Below are positions 1 to 8,600 of a stretch of 64,000 nt of DNA, piece after piece. The stretch is from Candidatus Poribacteria bacterium. GTDB lineage: Bacteria > Poribacteria > WGA-4E > WGA-3G. Location: the NCBI GenBank assembly GCA_003635195.1, contig PYIY01000075.1:27608-91607 (forward strand), given 5' to 3'. How positions within the stretch are numbered: the first letter of the stretch is position 1; each line of letters opens with the position of its first letter. Made by a program: the position numbers and the translations under genes. Under the pieces are notes generated by a model, which saw only the letters and a list, made by a program, of their open reading frames with translations, had not been told where the DNA came from and made no database searches.

Positions 1-28
1 GTTTGCCAAAGGTGTTGGTGTCGTTAAA

Positions 29-1570
29 ATGCGCTATGAACGTTTCAACGGTGTCACCACGGAAGCAGAATTGCTTGACTACAATGTTCCGAGAGGTGAA
101 GAATATCTCCCTTTGCAATACGGTAATATGTGGACATACAAATTGCAAAACGAGCATCAAGAAAAACCAATTATTGAAAAGTGCGAGGTTGTCGAAAATA
201 GCGAGCAGCCCCTGGATCGTGACTTTTTACGTTCCAGTCGTCCGAAAGTGATAAGGACTATACCTGATTTATCTGAAAAAGTTTCAATCGTTATAGAGGA
301 CATACGGGTTGGTTTTAGTGAAGCGCTGATGGGTGTTGATATTGCGTATGCAAGTGTACCCATAGGCGACCTTAAATGGATAGACGGCGGTAGAACCCTT
401 GTTATCCCGTTTAGTCGACCCCTATTACCTTCAAAAACCTATAGGCTTATATTGGCGGAAGGCTATAGGAATATGGCAGGCGTTGCGTTCCCAGAATATA
501 CGCTCACTTTCACAACCGAAGGTCCCGAACCGGTTACACCTACTTTTGTAGACACCACGCCTGTTTATGTAGCAGATATTGAAAAATTGGACCTCTCAAA
601 TGAACTGCTCTGCCGCGTTACTGTGAATCCTTCAGAGGGTTTTAACTTCCCTTATTACCTGTTCATCCCCCAAGGGATAGACTTGAACAAACCGGTTCAC
701 CTGCTCGTGGAACCCTGCAACACAGGGGTAAGTCGGACTCGTAAAAGTCTTGATAGAAAGACAAAGGCATTGGCTGAGGCATCTCATGCGACTGTCATCG
801 CCAAAAGACTGAGGGGCCCGTTGCTCGTGCCTGTTTTTCCGAGGCCCGGTGGAGATCAATGGCTCGTGCCTGTTTCTCCGAAACCCGACGAAGATCAATG
901 GCAAGCCTACACGCATGCCTTGGATAGAGACACCCTCCTGATTAAGGATGGCGACCTCAAGAGAATCGACTTGCAGCTCATCAATATGATTGCACATGCC
1001 CAAAGACTTTTGCGGCATAATAACGTAAAAGTGAATGAAAAAGTCTTCATGAACGGGTTTTCGGCTTCCGGGACGTTTGCAAATCGGTTTGCGATTTTAC
1101 ATCCAACGGTTGTCCGTGCGGTCGCAACTGGCGGCATCAATAGCATTCCGACCTTTCCGACAGAGCGTTGGGATGATGTCACGATGCGTTATCCAGTCGG
1201 CATCGCGGATGTAAAAGGGATCGCTGATATAGCATTTGATGAAAAGGCATATAAACGCGTTTCGCAGTACATCTACATGGGAGCTTTGGATGACAATGAT
1301 ACTATTCCGTATCGAGATGCCTACGATGCGGTGGATGCCGAGTTGGTCAAAAGCCTCATTGGAGCGAAAATGATGCCGGATCGGTGGGACATGAGTCAGT
1401 TAATATACAAGGCACTTGAGATTTCTGCGCAATTTGTTACCTACGAAAATACTGGGCATCAAATCAAGAGTGAGATGATTGATGATATTGTCGCTTTTTT
1501 CGAGGCGAATTCTGGCGACGAAATTGTTAAGATTGTTCCGTATCAATATCCGTCCTCGTCTGGAGAGTGA
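29..1570 (+). CDS. Ig-like (SbsA/Big_5-type) domain plus alpha/beta-hydrolase-like protein, possibly truncated at the 5-prime end by the window edge
   Basis: 513-aa ORF. The frame stays open from base 2 to the ATG at 29. An Ig-like segment ends in TYRLILAEGYRNMAGVAFPEYTLTFTT. The C-terminal half looks esterase-like (FMNGFSASGTFANRF, YENTGHQI). Assignment is from motif recall only. Confidence 0.5.
   Translation: MRYERFNGVTTEAELLDYNVPRGEEYLPLQYGNMWTYKLQNEHQEKPIIEKCEVVENSEQPLDRDFLRSSRPKVIRTIPDLSEKVSIVIEDIRVGFSEALMGVDIAYASVPIGDLKWIDGGRTLVIPFSRPLLPSKTYRLILAEGYRNMAGVAFPEYTLTFTTEGPEPVTPTFVDTTPVYVADIEKLDLSNELLCRVTVNPSEGFNFPYYLFIPQGIDLNKPVHLLVEPCNTGVSRTRKSLDRKTKALAEASHATVIAKRLRGPLLVPVFPRPGGDQWLVPVSPKPDEDQWQAYTHALDRDTLLIKDGDLKRIDLQLINMIAHAQRLLRHNNVKVNEKVFMNGFSASGTFANRFAILHPTVVRAVATGGINSIPTFPTERWDDVTMRYPVGIADVKGIADIAFDEKAYKRVSQYIYMGALDDNDTIPYRDAYDAVDAELVKSLIGAKMMPDRWDMSQLIYKALEISAQFVTYENTGHQIKSEMIDDIVAFFEANSGDEIVKIVPYQYPSSSGE
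824..901 (+). repeat. 39-bp tandem duplication inside the CDS (2 units)
   Basis: Units at 824-862 and 863-901 differ at only a few bases. They encode LVPVFPRPGGDQW and LVPVSPKPDEDQW. Confidence 0.8.
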
Positions 1571-1580
1571 AATTTTGTCA

Positions 1581-1601
1581 GGGCGGTGCTAAATGCCGCC
1601 C
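1581..1601 (+). terminator. Weak hairpin downstream of the first CDS
   Basis: GGGCGG-tgctaaatg-CCGCCC lies 11 nt after the stop codon. The following T tract (attt) is poor. Confidence 0.3.
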
Positions 1602-1736
1602 ATTTCCAACCCTACCCTCTTCTCTTTCCTTCAAAGTCCACTCTTTTTTCAGAATTAAGCAACCGTTTTGCCCCTAAATTGCGTCACTATAGGTTGATAT
1701 GTCATGAATCAACTATCGCTTTCTGGGAGGTATCTG

Positions 1737-2930
1737 ATGAAAAACAACGATGTTGCACTTATTCAACGAGTTCTCGCTGGTGATGAAACCGCTTTTGCGG
1801 AACTGGTGAATAAATATCAAAAGCCGGTTCATACACTCGCTTGGCGAAAAATCGGGGATTTTCATATCGCCGAGGACATCACCCAGGAGGTCTTCCTGAA
1901 AGTGTATCAGAGACTCCATATCCTGAAAGATCCGAACCAGTTTTCTGGATGGCTTTATGTGATTACAGCGAACTTATGTGCCACATGGCTCCGCAAAAAA
2001 CGGATACAGACGCAACCGTTGAAGGACACAGAAACAACGATGATACAAGAAGATGCTTATTCTCGACACGTTGTAGAAGAGCGGATGAAAACCACAGCGG
2101 AATCACAACGCGAAGTCGTCAAAAAGCTGCTCGCGAAGCTAAAAGAGAGTGAACGCACAGTGATGGCACTCCACTACCTTGGCGAGATGACGGTTACGGA
2201 AATTAGCCGATTCTTAGGCGTGTCGGCGAGTACCATTAAAAGTCGTTTGAGACGTGCACGAAACCGTTTAAAAGAGGAGGAACCGATGATTAGAGAAGCA
2301 CTCGACCATTTTCAAATCACACCGAATCTTACAGAGAATATCATGTGCGAGATTTCGCGGTTGAAACCGGTTGCACCCTCTAACAGTAAGCCGTTAGTAC
2401 CGTGGGCAATCGGCGTTTCTACGGTAGCCGTCATCTTTTTGATGTTAGGCATAGGCAATCAGTATATGTCGCGTTTCCAAAAGCCGTATAGTTTCGACGC
2501 GCCATCAGAGATGACAGTCGAGTTGATTGAAGCACCCGTTGTGCTAAACCTTGAAGCCAAGCCGGATATTCGGACGCAATTTGGGAGTGTTCGGACACCG
2601 AGCGAGGGAAAGATCTCCAACCAACAGCCTAATGACGTTTCAGCTTCGGCTGCAGAAGCAGAAGCAGATGAGACAGTTAAAAACCACGCGCATTGGAAGT
2701 TGCCCAAAGCCGCAAAAGCGCGCTTCGGAAAAGGTGGGATTACTACAATTCAGTTTTCACCGGATGGCACCGTACTCGCAGTCGGTAGCAATATCGGGGT
2801 ATGGCTGTATGATGTGGAAACGGGTGAGGAGAAATCTTTGTTTGCCGGTGGAATGTGTCAAGCCCTCAGATTTTCGCCGGATGGCCGTTTCCTAACCAGC
2901 TCTTCTGCGGAGACGCTCATCCAATTGTAG
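1737..2930 (+). CDS. ECF-type RNA polymerase sigma-70 factor fused to a TM helix and the first WD40 repeats (N-terminal part of an interrupted fusion gene)
   Basis: GGGAGG at 1725-1730 lies 6 nt before ATG 1737. ECF region 2 and 4 motifs are present (DITQEVFLKVYQRL, ISRFLGVSASTIKSRLRRARNRL). A TM helix follows (LVPWAIGVSTVAVIFLMLGIG), then WD40 units (QFSPDGTVLAVGS..VWLYDVETG, RFSPDGRFLTSS). The ORF stops at TAG 2928-2930, in the same frame as the next ORF. Confidence 0.8.
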   Translation: MKNNDVALIQRVLAGDETAFAELVNKYQKPVHTLAWRKIGDFHIAEDITQEVFLKVYQRLHILKDPNQFSGWLYVITANLCATWLRKKRIQTQPLKDTETTMIQEDAYSRHVVEERMKTTAESQREVVKKLLAKLKESERTVMALHYLGEMTVTEISRFLGVSASTIKSRLRRARNRLKEEEPMIREALDHFQITPNLTENIMCEISRLKPVAPSNSKPLVPWAIGVSTVAVIFLMLGIGNQYMSRFQKPYSFDAPSEMTVELIEAPVVLNLEAKPDIRTQFGSVRTPSEGKISNQQPNDVSASAAEAEADETVKNHAHWKLPKAAKARFGKGGITTIQFSPDGTVLAVGSNIGVWLYDVETGEEKSLFAGGMCQALRFSPDGRFLTSSSAETLIQL

Positions 2931-2951
2931 GAGATCGCTACCGAGCGCGAA

Positions 2952-4769
2952 GTGCCGCTGATTGACTTGTACGGGGATGCTTCCGTATTGCGATTCTCTT
3001 CAGACGGGAAAACGCTGGTCGGTTTGAGTAGTTCGGGTGCAATTACGCGATTAAATATTGAGAACGGGAAAGGGAAAACAAAACACCTTAAAACTGGGTT
3101 GTTCGGGATCGGTCTCCTTAGTTCGGAGGATTTTAATGGTGTTTACGCGATGGCGAGCGATAAAATCGCGATCGGAAAACGGGACGGGATGATCCAGTTA
3201 TGGGACGCAGCAACCCGTAAAAAGTTATTGACGCTCAGAGGACACGTAGATTTGCCGCTTCAGCCATTAGATAAACCTGGGAATCCGCTGTTTAAAAAGA
3301 ATTGGGTCTTAGCTGTGGCGTTTTCGCCGGATGGCACCCGTCTCGCCAGTGGCAGCACAGATACGACAGTCCGATTGTCGGATACTACTGGTGACAGGGA
3401 TTCGATGACGCTGCAGAAACATACTGGACCGACAAATGTGCTGGCGTTTTCACCCGATGGAAAAATACTTGCCAGCGGCAGTACCGATAAAACAGTCCAA
3501 TTGTGGGATACCACTACCGGAGAACCCCTCACGACGCTCACCGGCCATATCAACGGTATTACGGCGTTAGCATTTTCACCCGATGGTCGTACACTCGTAA
3601 GCGGGAGTACGGATGGCACAATCCGATTCTGGCAGACAGCGACTGGGGTTCCAGCAGATACCCTTATCACTGGACACACACAATCCATAAAAGCGGCAAC
3701 CTTCCTTCAGGATCGTAGGGGCGAGGTCACCTCAAAGAAATCCGCAGAAACACCCAAGCAAAAACCCTCAAGCAAAAACCCCCTACTCGTCAGCGCGGCG
3801 TTTAACGGTGAAATTACCTTTTGGGATGTGGAAACAGCGCGGCGTAGGGACGAGGTGACCTCGCCCCTACGCCAAAATAGAGGACATCGGGATTGGTACT
3901 CAGCTTTAGCGTTTTCGCCGGATGGCACGAAACTCGTCAGTGCGGGGGCAGACGGTACGATAGTTTTCGGTGGGTTCCCTACTGGGTTCTCTGATACGAA
4001 GCCGGATAATCTAATTCGGTTGACGGATGTATCGACTGGAGACGAACTTGCGACGTTGCAGCGCGGGAGCAGCGAACTTATCTTTTCTCCTGACGATAGA
4101 ACTAAAACGGTGGCGACTCCTACGCGAGTTGGCAACATTCGCTTATGGAATACGGAAACAGGCGATGAATTGGTAATTCCTCTTAATGATGACCTGAAAC
4201 CCGGCTTCGGCGGCAATTTGCCAATGGTTTTGGCATTGGCGTTTTCGCCAGATGGTAGATGGCTTGTGAGTGGAACTACAGAAGGGGAAATCCGAATGTG
4301 GGACGTTGCGACCGGTGAAGCTTTGACCGTCTTTTCAGAACTGACAGAACCGATGGAACAAGAGCATCTGAGGCATATTTCGGCATTGGCGTTTTCACCA
4401 GACCGCGCCTTGCTCGCTGCGGGTACGCCGAGTCAACTCCATTTATGGAACGTGCGTACCGGTCATAAACTTTTTTCGGTTAGCACCGTGCATAAACGAG
4501 GCTGGCGGACATACCATGATTATCCAGGTCCGTTGGTGTTTTCACCAGATGGCGCAATTTTCGTCAGTGGACATGGCAGCGGTACAATCCAATTATGGGA
4601 TGCCAAGACTGGAGACAGAATCGCTGCGCTTGATGGGCATACGCAGCAAGTGAAGACGTTGAAATTTTCGCCTGACGGGGAAATGTTGGTTAGCACAGCG
4701 CAGGATGGCACAATCTTTTTGTGGGATTGGGATGAGGCTGTCACCGGTTCCGCCAACACCGACGAATAG
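2952..4769 (+). CDS. WD40-repeat beta-propeller protein (C-terminal part of the interrupted ECF-TM-WD40 gene)
   Basis: About 12 repeats of the type AFSPDG..L.SGS.D.T..LWD..TG. It is in frame with the ORF ending at 2930 (2931+21=2952). The GTG at 2952 is only the first possible start after the TAG. Confidence 0.8.
   Translation: MPLIDLYGDASVLRFSSDGKTLVGLSSSGAITRLNIENGKGKTKHLKTGLFGIGLLSSEDFNGVYAMASDKIAIGKRDGMIQLWDAATRKKLLTLRGHVDLPLQPLDKPGNPLFKKNWVLAVAFSPDGTRLASGSTDTTVRLSDTTGDRDSMTLQKHTGPTNVLAFSPDGKILASGSTDKTVQLWDTTTGEPLTTLTGHINGITALAFSPDGRTLVSGSTDGTIRFWQTATGVPADTLITGHTQSIKAATFLQDRRGEVTSKKSAETPKQKPSSKNPLLVSAAFNGEITFWDVETARRRDEVTSPLRQNRGHRDWYSALAFSPDGTKLVSAGADGTIVFGGFPTGFSDTKPDNLIRLTDVSTGDELATLQRGSSELIFSPDDRTKTVATPTRVGNIRLWNTETGDELVIPLNDDLKPGFGGNLPMVLALAFSPDGRWLVSGTTEGEIRMWDVATGEALTVFSELTEPMEQEHLRHISALAFSPDRALLAAGTPSQLHLWNVRTGHKLFSVSTVHKRGWRTYHDYPGPLVFSPDGAIFVSGHGSGTIQLWDAKTGDRIAALDGHTQQVKTLKFSPDGEMLVSTAQDGTIFLWDWDEAVTGSANTDE
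3714..3790 (+). repeat. Family C element copy C1, in frame inside the WD40 CDS
   Basis: Sequence cgtaggggcgaggtcacctcaaagaaatccgcagaaacacccaagcaaaaaccctcaagcaaaaaccccctac. The same GAAACACC.AGCAAAAAC..CCCTAC core occurs at 30216, 42798 and 59660. Confidence 0.7.
3843..3873 (+). repeat. GC-rich palindrome (GTAGGGACGAGG-tga-CCTCGCCCCTAC), in frame inside the WD40 CDS
   Basis: 3852-3871 is the exact reverse complement of 3714-3733 (20/20). The local hairpin has one mismatch. Confidence 0.8.
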
Positions 4770-4792
4770 CCCAATTAGGAGCGAGCATCATT

Positions 4793-5590
4793 GTGAGAAG
4801 TATATCCACCCTTTTGAAGGCAATTTATAATCTATTCGTTGTTTTGGGGCTATGTCCCATTTTGTTGTTTTTCAGTTGTTCTGGTGAAACGGATGTAACC
4901 TTAGAACCGGAGGACGCAGCTGAGGAGATAGCAGTTACGGGCGAAGATTTGTACGAGCAGACGTTCAAAGTGTTGCAGAAAGCGTACCCGCCCCCAATTT
5001 TAGATGATCGGTTTGAGACACTTCATCGAATGCGTTCGGATCCTATCTATTTTGCGTTTCTCAGAAGTGTTTATCCAGACGTGCTGCATCAAGATCTTAA
5101 AACGTTTATTGAAAATAGTCCGCCCGATGCTGAAGTATACGAAGTTGTTTTGCATAAACATTTCGGGAAACCTACAAGAACGGACATTGTTGTGGCGCAC
5201 CGTCTACACCAAAACTTCCAAAAGGGCAGGATTTTAGTCTATCATGGAACAGATAAAGACACAGTGATAGATGAAGTCCTTATCCCGGCTTTTAAGAAAG
5301 CCCCTATTTTCGGATGGTTTGTCGAACATGCGAAGGATAATGAAGAAGGTTTTGAGGCATTTGATGCGGATTTTCAACGATTGAGTCGAGACATTGAGTT
5401 GCGGAACATCATCAAGATAAACAAAATCCTTATGGGTCAAAGTAACGAACGGCAACGTGCCGATGAGTTCATCTGGCTTATGCTGCGGGAGCCGGTTTTG
5501 ATGGGAGAGGTACTTGATGGCTTTACTGATACTGAGATATTTCTTGAATGGCTCAAAGGGAAATTTCAGGAACCAGAGATAAAGTTCTAA
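4793..5590 (+). CDS. Hypothetical exported protein or lipoprotein
   Basis: 265-aa ORF with a GTG start. A hydrophobic N-terminus ends in LLFFSC. I recognised no family. Confidence 0.55.
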   Translation: MRSISTLLKAIYNLFVVLGLCPILLFFSCSGETDVTLEPEDAAEEIAVTGEDLYEQTFKVLQKAYPPPILDDRFETLHRMRSDPIYFAFLRSVYPDVLHQDLKTFIENSPPDAEVYEVVLHKHFGKPTRTDIVVAHRLHQNFQKGRILVYHGTDKDTVIDEVLIPAFKKAPIFGWFVEHAKDNEEGFEAFDADFQRLSRDIELRNIIKINKILMGQSNERQRADEFIWLMLREPVLMGEVLDGFTDTEIFLEWLKGKFQEPEIKF

Positions 5591-5610
5591 ACATCCCCAC
5601 CAATATCACG

Positions 5611-8600
5611 TTAAAGTTCCGCGCTGATTGTCATCTCTAAGCGGTGTTCAGGTTTGCGCTGCTTTGTGGAGAGCAGCCGGTAATTGAGGCGAAACAGTAG
5701 GTCTGTGAATTTTCGTAGCCTATAATCTGCTGTTGTGCGTACTTCGTGACTAATGCCCTCATAAAAAGTGTATTGCGCGAAGGGGATGCCACCGCTACTT
5801 TGACCGTAGCCGAGTTTATAGTTGAAAACGATGCGTCCTTTACCGATAAGCCTGTATGTGATTCGGTTTTCATAAGAGAAGGTGCGCGTTCTGGCTTCAG
5901 GTTCCTCGTCAAGTTGTTCCTCGTCGGTTGTCCGTTTATAGCCGCCAATACCGCTCCACTCCAGTGAGTTGTTCAGATCATATCGGAGGTTCAGTTCAGT
6001 TATCTGTTCAAGTTGACGGAGGTCTGATATAGGTGTAGCGGGAGGATCTCCCATCTTTTCGGTAGGATCGGTTCCCTGCGCGAGGTCCTCAAAATTGAAT
6101 TGGCTATACTTTTCATTTTCTCGACGTTGCTCCCAATTTGCTCTGACAGATAGGCGTTTCGTAGGGTTCACGGAGAAACTGACATCCCAGGTGTTGTGTT
6201 GTCTGTGGCGTTCTTGGTTATTAATTCGCTTGTTGAGCGTCTCTCCCATCCGGAAGTTAATTTCAAAACTGAATGCCGTTGAGGGGACAAATTCGAGTTG
6301 ATGATGTTGGTTCACCCGCCCAAAAAGTGTATCTGGCCCCTGTAGATTTTGGAGTAGATATAGAGAAACAGCGTCCTCTACCTCTTGTTCCTCTGTTAGC
6401 CAAAGTCGTGTTCGTCCTCTGAGTGCACTCAAAAACCACTCTAAACGGCTGTCAGCCATTGGCTCTCGGCTATCAGTAACAGGAGGTTTCTGGTTAACAG
6501 AAAACCCTCTTTGCTGATTGCTGACTGCTGACTGCTGATTGCTATCTTGCTGACTGCTGACTACTGAGGATTGACTGCTATTTCGTGTTGGACGCAAACT
6601 GTCGGGTTTCAGCATTGACTCACGTTGCTGCTGTTGCCGCGCTCTTGCACGCCGTGCGAAGTACTGACGCGGTTGAAAACGGATACGGAATTCCGCATCT
6701 ACCGCTGTTGTTGGCTTATCACCGACATTTTGGTAGATTTTGATGTAGGTGCCTTCCTCGGGATCTTCTACATAGTGCAGATCGTCCAATTTCACGTAAT
6801 AGCCTTCGCCAGGTTGAAGGAGAAGTCCGGTGTGTGGATGAATGTTGGTATAGATTTCGTGGCGTTGGCTTGTCAATTTTTTATCTAACTCGTAGGTGAG
6901 TTCTATGTCAATTGCCCGACTGAGTGGTGTCAATTGAAGGTTGATATCGGCGAGTTGCGTCGTCGTATCTGCGCCGATATCCGTGTGTGCCTTCAGCATT
7001 CGGCGAGCAAGGTTCGCACTCAGATTCACGCCGCCGCTGAGAAAAGATTTGTGTTGTGAAAAGAGACCGACTTTCCATGTTCGCGCTGTAGTGCTTCGCT
7101 GCCAATCGGATAGACCGATGGGTTGGTTGTCCACAGTGAGCAACGGCTCTTTCGCATAAGCCTCCTCAAGTTCGTAGCTGGTATTGACGGAGACCCAACT
7201 GAAATCAACGAGATTAATACGTCCAATCGCACGGTTCCGCTTTCGGTTGAGTGTCGCATTGCGTGCCTCGTTTGATTCCAATCTACCCAAAGTCCCAATA
7301 ATTCTGAACGGTCCGATCGGATAGGACAGGTTGCCCTCCTGTCGCGACTTTTGCTGCGATTCTGTCTGTGTTGAATCTTCACTCTCGACCCGTGAACTGC
7401 TCCGATAATCATCCCAACGGAAATTCGGCAACTTCCTTAGGAGCTGCGCGCCTTTAGAGGATGCCTTTTCTGACGCTATAGCTTCCTTCGGTCGTCCCGT
7501 TGTAAACCTGCTTTCTCGTGTGCGGGTAGCGATTACATTTCCACTGCCTGAACGCTGATTGAAGTTTACGCCCCAGTTGAAATTATCACGGATCGTTGCG
7601 TTGGTAGGAGTGGTTCTTTCAAATTGTTGGAAACCATCTGGTGAATCAGATCCTTCTGACTGACTGTTCTCACTGCGAAGCAGGCGTGCCGGCTGACGGC
7701 TGTTTTCCTCGCTCCTACCGACTCCGGCATTAACCGCGAACCAATCCGTCGGTATCACTCGGATGTCAAAGTTTGCGGTTCTTTCATCTCGGGCAATTTG
7801 TGAGTGTCGTGCAGTATCAAAGAGAAACGCATCATCAAAACCCTCTTTGGCGTATTGCGTTTCATAACGGGAACGGGAACGGTTACCACTTGATGCGCCG
7901 ACAGGTAGAAAATCGGCATCCATTGCGCGTATGTCAAAGTTTGTGTTCAATTTAGGTCGGAATTTCTCTGTCCATGTAGCGAAGTCCCAGTCCGCATAGC
8001 CGATCAGTTTCCACGCCTGACTCACCTCTTTACGGTCTACGGTGGAATAGGTGTTTTTATCAAGATTGCTGTAGGCGAGTTCACCTTCAATCCACGCTTT
8101 TTCGGTGATATTCACGCGACTTTCTACACCCCATACTGTATGTTTTTGCGGTGCCGTGAGGAGTGATCTGCCGTCTTCTTCAGGATCAAGGAGATTTTGA
8201 CGCAGTGCCTCCAGATCCGCGTCGCTGAGTTGGATTAAAGCCTGTTCAGGTTGGTTCAGGTCCGCCTCAACGGCATAAGAGGCACCGAGACTTATCCAGT
8301 CTCCGGGTAGTGTGAAGACGCTGCTGAGTCCGTAAAGATTCTGTTGATAGGCCCGTTCTTCAGGGATATATTCAAAGTCAATCCGAATTGTGTCGTTGCT
8401 TGTTATCAGGTGTTTGCTGTTGAATTCGACGATCGGATCCCCATATTCTCGGATGACGTAATCGTTGTTCTCACCGCGCCGCATCCGCTCGCCATTCAAC
8501 CAGACGATTTCACTCCCTGCTTTCACGATGACGTATTGCCCATCAACCGTAATCCGGTATTCGCTCCGTCCTTCTTCTCCACGAAGGACTAAACTTGTAG

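Noticed and set aside
2928-2930. In-frame TAG considered as evidence for stop-codon reassignment or an alternative genetic code
   Set aside because: The same gene ends with a normal TAG at 4767-4769. Other genes in the window also end in TAG (for example the NHL gene at 9627-9629), and no other in-frame TAG is needed to explain any gene. A point mutation or variant at a TGG codon is the simpler explanation.
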